Part shown: positions 8,423-16,174 of the stretch, one piece after another
Layout of the letters: every line of letters begins with the position of its first letter
Numbering within the stretch: position 1 is the first letter of the stretch
Position numbers and translations under genes: made by a program
Notes under the pieces: generated by a model
What the model was told of the DNA's origin: nothing
The model's database searches: none
What the model saw: only the letters and a program-made list of their open reading frames with translations
DNA from: an uncultured Ignavibacteria bacterium
GTDB lineage: Bacteria > Zixibacteria > MSB-5A5 > SM23-73-2
Assembly (NCBI GenBank): GCA_964447175.1
Contig: CAYURP010000012.1
Location: 1,110 to 65,109 of the forward strand
Reading direction: 5' to 3'
DNA: 64,000 bases

Positions 8423-10045
8423 TTATGGGCGGATTTTAAACCAGAGCACAAACTCCCGGGGTATACTCACTCCCTGGATATCTAAAGCCTTGGTGCTTAT
8501 AGTTATCGAATACTCTTCACTCAGAACTAAAAGCAAGTCCGGATCGAAGATTAACTTGTTTAGACCGGACCAGGAAAATTCTCCTTTGATTCCGGCTGAA
8601 CTTGCATCCAACATACTGAAGGCATTCACCACCGACAGCTGATCCATATCCGTGTTGAAGGTTATTTGAATATCAGCTTCTGGATCCACATAGTTTGACC
8701 CACTGGTTGGAAAAGATGAAATGATATGAATTTCCGCAGTGGTAAACGAGAAAGAATAGCTTTCCTTTAACCTGACCCCTTCCATATTCTGAGCGGAATC
8801 GTCTATGGTGATGGTGTAAAGCATATTGGAACCTAACACCTTTTCCGGATTAAACCTCAGTTGCGGCCCAAACCAGTCAAAACTTCCCTGGGTCTCAGGA
8901 TTTATGTAAAAAGCTTGCTCAGTAGCTGTTTCACTCATTGCTGAGTTAAAGTAAATGGCCAATGAACTTCCAGTCGAAACGTCAGTCCATCCGTCTTCGG
9001 GATAAGTCCACTTGATCTTCAATTCTTCGGTGGTGAAGGAAAAGCAAACAGGCTCATATAAAGCAATGCCATTTATGTCTTCAGCTGTGGTGTCCAGCTC
9101 AATTATGTAGTGGGTTTGAGTCTTGAAATAACCCTCAGGTTTGAACCTGAGGCGATCCTGTGACCTTTGCGAGTCCTTGACATTAACTCTGTGCCACTCG
9201 AATTCACCAACAGTAGGAGGATCAATGCTAAAAGCGTTTTCCACTGACTCGTGATTCATTACTGTATTGAAATTTATATAGATATAAATGCCTGTTTCCA
9301 CATCATATTGATTGTCTGGTGGAGAATAACTCTCCACCGCAACGCCCCCAGTAGTAAAAGAGAAGGAAAAAGGTTCAGTCAGGTGATTTCCAGCTGTGTC
9401 CTGTGCTGCTACATCCAGGGTAACCGTATAACACACCATCGGCAACAGGTTTAAGGTTGGATTGAATTCGAAATAACGTCCGTAAGGATACATGTTATAA
9501 TCACTCCAGGAGAAAGTGCCGTCCGTAGGTGGATCAATGGAAAAAGCATCTTCCACGCTTTCCTTATTCATGGGATTTTTGAAGTAAATCCGAACGTTGG
9601 TATATAACGGTAAATTAACTGTTTTGTCCGGGGGATAAACAGAACTGATCAGATCGGGAAACGGATTTAAGGTTATTGTACCCACGGTGGTAACGCCACC
9701 TTTGTAAACCGTGAATATCTTTGATTCATAGGTGGTATAGCCATCTGCCTCAACTTTAATGGTATATGTTCCTACATTCAAATCGGAGAGGATGAAATAC
9801 CCTATGGAATCTATAAAGGTGAAGGACACCTCCTTTCCCTGCCAGGCGGAAATCCGGGCACCGCTTTCAACCGGCTCCACCACTCCGGCTAAGGAACCTT
9901 TCTCCACTTCCAAATAGTAATTGTATGTCTTCTCAGTGCACCCACAACCAATGAGAAAAGAAATAAGAATAAACAATAATATCTTTTTGATATCAAATCT
10001 CCAAGGCTTTGTGAGACATTCCATTTTTTCATTAAGCAAGCTCAT
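8423..10045 (-). CDS. Probable lipoprotein: carboxypeptidase-regulatory-like domain plus four Big_5 (SbsA-type Ig-like) repeats
   Basis: LIGCGC lipobox-like. Four repeats of 'S.P.....V.....I.I.F...M....V..AF.I.P...G.F.W.....F.P...L......Y.ITI...A.D..G..L.....FSFTT'. Confidence 0.8.
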   Translation of the reverse strand: MSLLNEKMECLTKPWRFDIKKILLFILISFLIGCGCTEKTYNYYLEVEKGSLAGVVEPVESGARISAWQGKEVSFTFIDSIGYFILSDLNVGTYTIKVEADGYTTYESKIFTVYKGGVTTVGTITLNPFPDLISSVYPPDKTVNLPLYTNVRIYFKNPMNKESVEDAFSIDPPTDGTFSWSDYNMYPYGRYFEFNPTLNLLPMVCYTVTLDVAAQDTAGNHLTEPFSFSFTTGGVAVESYSPPDNQYDVETGIYIYINFNTVMNHESVENAFSIDPPTVGEFEWHRVNVKDSQRSQDRLRFKPEGYFKTQTHYIIELDTTAEDINGIALYEPVCFSFTTEELKIKWTYPEDGWTDVSTGSSLAIYFNSAMSETATEQAFYINPETQGSFDWFGPQLRFNPEKVLGSNMLYTITIDDSAQNMEGVRLKESYSFSFTTAEIHIISSFPTSGSNYVDPEADIQITFNTDMDQLSVVNAFSMLDASSAGIKGEFSWSGLNKLIFDPDLLLVLSEEYSITISTKALDIQGVSIPREFVLWFKIRP

Positions 10046-10154
10046 AATTCTTCAACTTCCCACATATGAATAGATTTAACTTATCCAGAATAATCAGGGA
10101 AAAGCAAAAAGTCAACTAAAACCTGTGATTATTGGGATCGAAAAAGTAGGGAGA

Positions 10155-10457
10155 TCAGGAGATGGTCTTAAGCCACCCGAATTTCTTCATTCTGTCCCTC
10201 AAGGTGTTCCGGCTTATCCCTAAAAGCCTGGAGGCTTGAACCTGGTTGTAATGGGTGGCTTTTAAAGCGGAAATAACTATAGCCTTTTCCAGAGAAGTGT
10301 GCAGATGCTCATAGACATTTCCATTAGAGGCACTAAGTATCTTTTCAAAAAGAGGGTCCAAAAACTCCTGAAACAATTTATAATAGTTCTCTTTTATAGC
10401 ATCAGGATCGGTCGATACCTTTTTATCCAGAGTTAGGGAAATTTTATTATCAATCAA
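10155..10457 (-). CDS. Stand-alone Fis-type HTH (HTH_8) protein
   Basis: LEKAIVISALKATHYNQVQASRLLGISRNTLRDRMKKFG; TTG start. Confidence 0.85.
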   Translation of the reverse strand: MIDNKISLTLDKKVSTDPDAIKENYYKLFQEFLDPLFEKILSASNGNVYEHLHTSLEKAIVISALKATHYNQVQASRLLGISRNTLRDRMKKFGWLKTIS

Positions 10458-10576
10458 AGGTTACCCCTTATCTCTAAGTAACATAAAGCATCTATTTTAT
10501 AATCGGCAGAGAAATAATTATCTGAACGAGTTTGAATTTAAAAACTTGAAAATAAGTTAAATTCCCCGGTTTAAGC

Positions 10577-10936
10577 TCATTTGCCTATGAGTAAAACCCC
10601 CGCAAAGATCAGGGCAATACCAATCCACTTAAAGGTGGAAAAGGGTTCCCTGAAGATCTGCCAGGAGAATAAGACTATTAATACAAAAGCCATGCTATTT
10701 AAAACCGGATAAGCATAGGAAAGGTGGGTTCTGGAGAGGACCACCATATACATAGCCACCGAAGCCACGTAAGCTATAAGTCCCAGAAAAATGAAGGGGG
10801 TGGAAAGAATCTTAGCAAAATCATTAAAAAGAATCGAAGGGGAGATGACTCCGATTTTATTCATCCCCGCCTTTAACAAAACATGCCCACAGACGTTCAA
10901 GATTATAACCAGAGATAATAGTAGAAACTGTGACAT
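10577..10936 (-). CDS. Small multidrug resistance/EamA-like (ArnE/F-like) membrane protein
   Basis: 119 aa, four hydrophobic helices, GHVLLK, LSYAYPV, FREPFS..KWIGIALIFAGVLLI. Confidence 0.8.
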   Translation of the reverse strand: MSQFLLLSLVIILNVCGHVLLKAGMNKIGVISPSILFNDFAKILSTPFIFLGLIAYVASVAMYMVVLSRTHLSYAYPVLNSMAFVLIVLFSWQIFREPFSTFKWIGIALIFAGVLLIGK

Positions 10937-11040
10937 AACCTGACATTTCTCCTTTAATAGAAATTAGAATGATGGTAACTAAATAGCATGATAGTGAATA
11001 TTTTGTTAAATTATTAGCTGTGAAGTTCTGAATCAAGTGC

Positions 11041-11075
11041 TAATTACCAACAACTAACAACCAATAACCAAAAAC
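11041..11075 (-). repeat. 7-bp tandem array, 5 units (TAATTAC CAACAAC TAACAAC CAATAAC CAAAAAC on + strand)
   Basis: Read directly; starts at the ccmF stop codon. Confidence 0.8.
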
Positions 11076-13213
11076 TATCCAGCTTCTTTTCTTCTTCTCC
11101 ACCAGGTGATAACCAAGCCTATCATCATAAAAATGGTTCCCAGCCAGACCAAGCCAATTAAAGGTTTTCTGCTCATCTCTAAAATTAAAGTCTCAGATGC
11201 CTCCTGGCTTATATCCACGATGCTGAGCGAGATAGCTTTGTTATCTGCATCGATCTCCTCCAGATAAACCAATCCATCCCCTTCTGGAAGCTCTGCACCT
11301 CTTTGCGTCTTTTCACCCTCCATTCCCATAATCAGAGTGGGTACAATAACCTGTTTTTCCTCATTCCATGAGACTTCCAACCTGGCTCCCACCACCATCT
11401 TGCCCTCAACAGAATGGGGTACCATATCAAACTCAAGGAATCTTATCTTATAATCTCTGAACTTTATATCCTCACCTTTTTTCATAACAAATGATTCTTC
11501 TTCTGTCTGGATCTCCAGGGGAGACAGGTAGAGATCACCCCAAATATTATAATCGATATGGGGTGTTCTGACCACTCCATCCGTGTAATCGCTGTAATAA
11601 AATTTGGGCTTGGCTATGAAGTTATCCCTTCCCTTACTTACCTCCACCCTCAGCTCCTTTTCCTCAAGCCCCTGATATCTCAGATGATATCCCCAGATAT
11701 CTTTTTCCTCTTCTTTAGGCAGATTAACTTTCACCGAGGAACTGTATGCTGAGGAAGTTATAACTCCGATCAGCAAAATGCCCAATCCAGTATGAGCAAG
11801 AAAACCTCCTGCAGTCAGTATGTTTGTCCTTATTCTTCTGATGAAGACGAAAAGATTAGCCATAAAAGCGAATATCCCCATACAGATGAATATCAGGTAA
11901 ACCAGAGATCTTACACCCATAATTAAGGCTAAAAGGGTTAAAATTATGGATAATGAAACTGGCAGTAAAATCTTTTTAGCAATTATTGAACCTTTCCAGG
12001 TTAAAAATGGTATTACCCCTAAAGTGAGTGCAATCAATATACCCAAAGGTAAGTTAGTTCTGATATAATAGATAGTACTTACTTTTGAGGGATTTCCTAA
12101 AAGTCCGGTTATTATAGGGGAAGACGTGCCCAAAAGTATCAGAACCGCACTTACGCTTAAAAATACCATTCCCAGGATCACCCCGAAGCCCTGGGACAGG
12201 ACGTTTCGATCTATTTTAGGTGAATTTATCTTTGGAGAACGCCAGAGCAACAACCCCAGGGAAAAGATAATAAGAAGGATCATTCCGAAAATCAGATACA
12301 GGTTTATCCCTAAGTCGGTGAAGGAGTGCACGGAAAAATCAGCCAGAATGCCGGATCGGGTGAGAAAAGTTCCGTAGATAACCAAAAGGAAAACAAGTAT
12401 AGCCAGAAAAAGGTTTGTTTTTCTCAAAGCCCCATCCGTTTTTTCGATTATCACGCCGTGTAGAAAGACCAAAACGAAGATCCAGGGGATTAAGGATGCG
12501 TTTTCCACCGGGTCCCATCCCCAGTATCCCCCCCAGCCTAAAACTTTATATGCCCAATAACCGCCGACAAATATACCTGCCCCCAAAAAAAGTGCACCAA
12601 AGGAAGTCCAGGGCAGTGCTCGCTTGAGCCACGATTTGTAATTGTTTTTTAAAAGGGCTGCCAGAGCATAAGAGAAGGGAATGGCTAAAGCAGCATACCC
12701 CACAAAAATCAATGGCGGATGGATAACCATCCAGAAATCCTGAAGCAAGGGGTTTAATCCTCTTCCCTGCTCCGGTGCAAATCCCGGGACCAATTCAAAG
12801 GGCGATTTCTTCAAAAGCAAAATCAACAGGAATATCTGAACCACCAGATAGAAAAACATGGTATGGGATTTTAATTCGTCGTCTTTTTTTAAAAGAAAGA
12901 CTCCCAGCCACACTCCGAAGAAAAGCCACAATAAAAACGTCCCCTCCTGTCCTGCCCAGAAGGATGACAAGAGATAAAACAAGGGTAAATCCGTGGAACT
13001 GTAACCATAAACATAGGAGAACTCAAAGTGATGACCCAGAAAAAGATAAAAAAGATAAAGGGTTGCAACTGTTATAAAGAAAACCAGAAGATAATACAAG
13101 GATTTGGCAATCCCAAAAGTCTTGGGATAAGCATCCCCGCTTTTAAGAAAATGAAAAGCCGAAAAAAGCCCGGATAAAAGGCCCAGAACTAAAAGGAGAT
13201 TTCCTAAAAACAT
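11075..13213 (-). CDS. ccmF: Cytochrome c heme lyase CcmF
   Basis: SSFWAGQEGTFLLW, GLNPLLQDFWMVIHPP, WAYKVLGWGGYWGWDPVENAS, GTFLTRSG, SVHSF. Confidence 0.97.
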   Translation of the reverse strand: MFLGNLLLVLGLLSGLFSAFHFLKSGDAYPKTFGIAKSLYYLLVFFITVATLYLFYLFLGHHFEFSYVYGYSSTDLPLFYLLSSFWAGQEGTFLLWLFFGVWLGVFLLKKDDELKSHTMFFYLVVQIFLLILLLKKSPFELVPGFAPEQGRGLNPLLQDFWMVIHPPLIFVGYAALAIPFSYALAALLKNNYKSWLKRALPWTSFGALFLGAGIFVGGYWAYKVLGWGGYWGWDPVENASLIPWIFVLVFLHGVIIEKTDGALRKTNLFLAILVFLLVIYGTFLTRSGILADFSVHSFTDLGINLYLIFGMILLIIFSLGLLLWRSPKINSPKIDRNVLSQGFGVILGMVFLSVSAVLILLGTSSPIITGLLGNPSKVSTIYYIRTNLPLGILIALTLGVIPFLTWKGSIIAKKILLPVSLSIILTLLALIMGVRSLVYLIFICMGIFAFMANLFVFIRRIRTNILTAGGFLAHTGLGILLIGVITSSAYSSSVKVNLPKEEEKDIWGYHLRYQGLEEKELRVEVSKGRDNFIAKPKFYYSDYTDGVVRTPHIDYNIWGDLYLSPLEIQTEEESFVMKKGEDIKFRDYKIRFLEFDMVPHSVEGKMVVGARLEVSWNEEKQVIVPTLIMGMEGEKTQRGAELPEGDGLVYLEEIDADNKAISLSIVDISQEASETLILEMSRKPLIGLVWLGTIFMMIGLVITWWRRRKEAG

Positions 13214-13582
13214 CTACAACTCACTTCCCTGATATTTGGAGGGGCATTTGACCAGAACCTGATTGGCTACGAATTTCCCTTCCCCGTATTTTCCAATAAC
13301 CACCACATCAGTTGCCTGCTCGAAATTGGCTGGTTTGGTCCCATCGAACACCACATCCAGAGCATCGCCTTCAGGATCCCTTAAGGTGAAATGAAAGAGG
13401 TGAGTCGTGGTATCGTAAGTACTCTCACCTTGAGCCACCTTACCGATTACCTGAACTATAGCATCCATACTTTTAGCCTCTTCAAAGCTGACATAAGGGG
13501 TTAGGCTTTTCTTGAAGGAAAATGTACCGAAAATCACAAACACTAAAATTATGATGATACCGATTAGAACTTTGATATTCAT
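13214..13582 (-). CDS. ccmE: Heme chaperone CcmE, CxxxY variant
   Basis: N-terminal TM anchor, OB-fold pattern, C-terminal KCPSKY. Confidence 0.93.
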   Translation of the reverse strand: MNIKVLIGIIIILVFVIFGTFSFKKSLTPYVSFEEAKSMDAIVQVIGKVAQGESTYDTTTHLFHFTLRDPEGDALDVVFDGTKPANFEQATDVVVIGKYGEGKFVANQVLVKCPSKYQGSEL

Positions 13583-13686
13583 CTTCTCCTCAGCTCCTTT
13601 ATTTTCCTATCCAGCCTTAAAAGATAAAAAAAGATTCCAATCCAGACAATCAATGATACGATCATAACCACAAAATTCGAGCACAT
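13579..13686 (-). CDS. ccmD: CcmD-family small membrane protein (35 aa, not in ORF track)
   Basis: Hand translation MCSNFVVMIVSLIVWIGIFFYLLRLDRKIKELRRR*. GGAG upstream; its TGA overlaps the ccmE ATG. TM plus basic tail, in the canonical position between ccmC and ccmE. Confidence 0.85.
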   Translation of the reverse strand: MCSNFVVMIVSLIVWIGIFFYLLRLDRKIKELRRR

Positions 13687-13688
13687 AA

Positions 13689-14333
13689 TCACTCCTTTTC
13701 TTTCTCTTTTGTATTAAGTAAAATCTCCAGTTTATGGATCCAAAAAAATATCAGGCTAAATCCCAGAATCGAACTCAGGAAAACTAAAAGATAAGGCAGG
13801 GGAAGCTGGAATTTAAATTGGGTATCAACTACCGATTGGGTTGGGTGAAGTGATTGGTAAACCCGGGGTATCACAAAGACCAAAAAGGGAACGGTGAGAA
13901 ATGCTAAAATGGAGTAAACAGCAGAAAGGGATGCTTTTCTCTCCTGGATTTCAACTGCTGATCGCAAGGCGAAATAAGCACCATAGATCAAAACCAGTAT
14001 GAAAATGGAGGTTTCCCTGGGATCCCAGTTCCAGAAAGACCCCCAGGTGTTTTTGGCAAATATCATCCCGGTAATCATAGCTAAAATACAAAACAAAAAG
14101 CCTAATCTGGCTGCAGCTGCTGCTTGAACATCGTATTTCAACTCTTTTTTTCTCAAAAGAAAAATGCTATTTATCATTGAAATGAAAAATGCCAGAACCG
14201 CCACCCAGGCTACCGGCACGTGAAAAAAGAAGATTCGGGAGACATCTCCTAGTTCTTTTTGAGGAGGTGACATCAAAAAAACTGCGCTTATAACAACGCT
14301 TAACAGAAATCCTGTAAGTATCTTCCAGATCAT
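13689..14333 (-). CDS. ccmC: Heme exporter/cytochrome c biogenesis protein CcmC
   Basis: RIFFFHVPVAW, WGSFWNWDPRETS (WWD domain), SLHP. Confidence 0.96.
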   Translation of the reverse strand: MIWKILTGFLLSVVISAVFLMSPPQKELGDVSRIFFFHVPVAWVAVLAFFISMINSIFLLRKKELKYDVQAAAAARLGFLFCILAMITGMIFAKNTWGSFWNWDPRETSIFILVLIYGAYFALRSAVEIQERKASLSAVYSILAFLTVPFLVFVIPRVYQSLHPTQSVVDTQFKFQLPLPYLLVFLSSILGFSLIFFWIHKLEILLNTKEKEKE

Positions 14334-14346
14334 TTTTCTGATAATC

Positions 14347-14374
14347 TAAAAACTAACAACTAATTACTAACAAC
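14347..14374 (-). repeat. 7-bp tandem array, 4 units (TAAAAAC TAACAAC TAATTAC TAACAAC on + strand)
   Basis: Read directly. Between the ccmB stop and ccmC start; same unit variants as the ccmF array. Confidence 0.8.
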
Positions 14375-14377
14375 TGT

Positions 14378-15061
14378 TCATTCTCTCCAGACATAATCGA
14401 ATAATAAAAACGAACCCACCCCCATCACCCCACAATAGGATATCAAAAACTTAAGTTCGTTTAATCCTTGAGAAAATTTAGAACCATCGAAAGCCAGGTT
14501 AGTTCCCTGAATAACCGTAATCAACAGAGGTAAAAGTATGGGAAAGGACAAAACCGCAAATAGTGCTCCCTTAACCCGGGCTTTTGACACAATAGCCGCA
14601 ATGATAGTCGTGGCACAAACCAAACCGATTGTACCTAAAATAACCACTAAAAGAAACAATCCAAAACTTCTGATCTTAACATTTAATAGAATTAGAAACA
14701 ATGGAATTATTATGATCTCCAGAAGGAACAAAAGAATTAAATTAAAGCATAATTTACCTAAAAAGATACTTTCATTGGAGGCAACCAACTTCAATAAATT
14801 CACCGTCTTGGTTTCCTCCTCCTTGATAAAGACCTGAGCTAAACCTGACATAGCCGAGAAGAAAATTATGATCCAGAAAAGTGAGGCAAGTATTTTGGCA
14901 GTTAAAAAAAACTGTCCCACTGAAAAGCTGACTACAGTTAATGTGATAACCGCAAACATCACCAGGGCATTAAGCCCGTATCTGGTGCGCAGCTCAGATT
15001 TTAAGTCCTTTTGAAAAACCCAAAAGGTTTCAATCATCCAGCTGGAGGATTTGATCTCCAT
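14378..15061 (-). CDS. ccmB: Heme ABC exporter permease CcmB (real start may be ATG 15037)
   Basis: KDLKSELR, L..LSFPILLPLLI; position after ccmA. Confidence 0.93.
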   Translation of the reverse strand: MEIKSSSWMIETFWVFQKDLKSELRTRYGLNALVMFAVITLTVVSFSVGQFFLTAKILASLFWIIIFFSAMSGLAQVFIKEEETKTVNLLKLVASNESIFLGKLCFNLILLFLLEIIIIPLFLILLNVKIRSFGLFLLVVILGTIGLVCATTIIAAIVSKARVKGALFAVLSFPILLPLLITVIQGTNLAFDGSKFSQGLNELKFLISYCGVMGVGSFLLFDYVWRE

Positions 15062-15647
15062 ATTCTTTCTCTTCCTTGTTGCTTGTAGCCCAGATTAAAA
15101 TCCCCCTTTGCTTCTGGTCCTGGACAACCCTTTCCAGATATAGAATTCCCTCCTCATCCAGATTAGCTTTTGGCTCGTCCAAAAGCAAGACCAGAGGCTC
15201 CTTTATAAGAGCACTTACATATTTCAATCGCTGCTTCATTCCCGAGGAAAAAGAGCCCAAAAGATCATAAGCCCTTTTTTCCAGACCCACCTGATCCACT
15301 TTATCAATCATATCTTTCTCTTTAAGATCAAAACCCTGGACTTTGGATAAAAACATAAGATTTTCCAGAGCAGTCAACTCATCATAGAGGTTCAGATCAG
15401 GTGCCACTAAACTAATGACCTTTTGAAGTCTTCCTCCTTTCAAATCATCTCCATTTAAAGCATAGTGTATCTCCCCATTGCTCGGGGACAGAATTCCAGA
15501 TAGAATTCTCAATAAGGTAGTCTTACCAGAGCCATTTTTGCCAATAACTACCAGGGTGTTTCCCTGGTTCAGTTCAAAATTCAATCCCCTGAAAACGCAT
15601 CTCTGTTCAAAATATCGGGTTAAGTTTTTTGCCTTTAATTCAATCAT
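15030..15647 (-). CDS. ccmA: Heme ABC exporter ATPase CcmA
   Basis: GKNGSGKT, FSSGMKQR, LLLDEP; first gene of the ccm operon. Confidence 0.93.
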   Translation of the reverse strand: MIELKAKNLTRYFEQRCVFRGLNFELNQGNTLVVIGKNGSGKTTLLRILSGILSPSNGEIHYALNGDDLKGGRLQKVISLVAPDLNLYDELTALENLMFLSKVQGFDLKEKDMIDKVDQVGLEKRAYDLLGSFSSGMKQRLKYVSALIKEPLVLLLDEPKANLDEEGILYLERVVQDQKQRGILIWATSNKEEKEYGDQILQLDD

Positions 15648-15668
15648 TTATAATATAATTTAGAGATT

Positions 15669-15696
15669 AATCTAAGGAAATAACTGGGGATGTCAA
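15669..15696 (-). promoter_or_regulatory. Sigma70-like promoter for ccm operon
   Basis: TTGACA-16 nt-TAGATT on minus strand. Confidence 0.5.
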
Positions 15697-15729
15697 GTCA
15701 AAAGGCAATGTTCAAATTATTCCTGAAAA

Positions 15730-16093
15730 GTTGTAGAAATACCCAAAACGGGTCTTGACTATAATTCCACCACCAACTAAAATAAATTGGAGAATGTTGT
15801 AGGGGAGTCCCTTGTGGGCTCCCGAAAGACATATTTACGTAACCGGTAGCCCCACCTTGCCCCCAAGGTGGGGTTTGTTATGTAGTGGAAAGTGTAGCTT
15901 TCCATTCTTTTCTTATAGTATTTATCAATAGAGGTCTAAAAACCTCCTCACATTTTTTATTTTGTCTTTCGTAGCGTTCGGGTTTATCCCGGGCATTCGT
16001 TTCTTTGGAGTGCAAAAACTTGTTTTTGCAATAGCAATCCATATGGATTACGCTTCAACAGACTCCAATTCGCCCAATGAATTGGGCAACTAC
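15730..16093. repeat. Cluster of at least 7 different REP-like hairpins
   Basis: GTAG-GGGAGTCC..GGGCTCCC (15799), GTAG-CCCCACCTTG-CCCC-CAAGGTGGGG (15846), GTAG-TGGAAAG..CTTTCCA (15882), GAGGT-CTAAAA-ACCTC-CTCAC (15931), GTAG-CGTTCGGG..CCCGGGC (15971), GCCCAAT-GA-ATTGGGC-AACTAC (16071), long-loop element at 15730-15777. Confidence 0.8.
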
Positions 16094-16113
16094 ATTTCTA
16101 TTATTTACAAAAC

Positions 16114-16148
16114 AAAAAGGGCGGAGAGAAATGTCTCCGTCCCTTTTT
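16114..16148. terminator. Rho-independent terminator (usable in both directions) downstream of the C1A peptidase
   Basis: AAAAAGGGCGGAGA-GAAATG-TCTCCGTCCCTTTTT. Confidence 0.85.
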
Positions 16149-16174
16149 AGATTCATATCCTCCAATTCAACCCT

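Noticed and set aside
15962-16150. 62-aa ORF in the REP/terminator region
   Set aside because: Overlaps several hairpins and a terminator; TTG start with no RBS.
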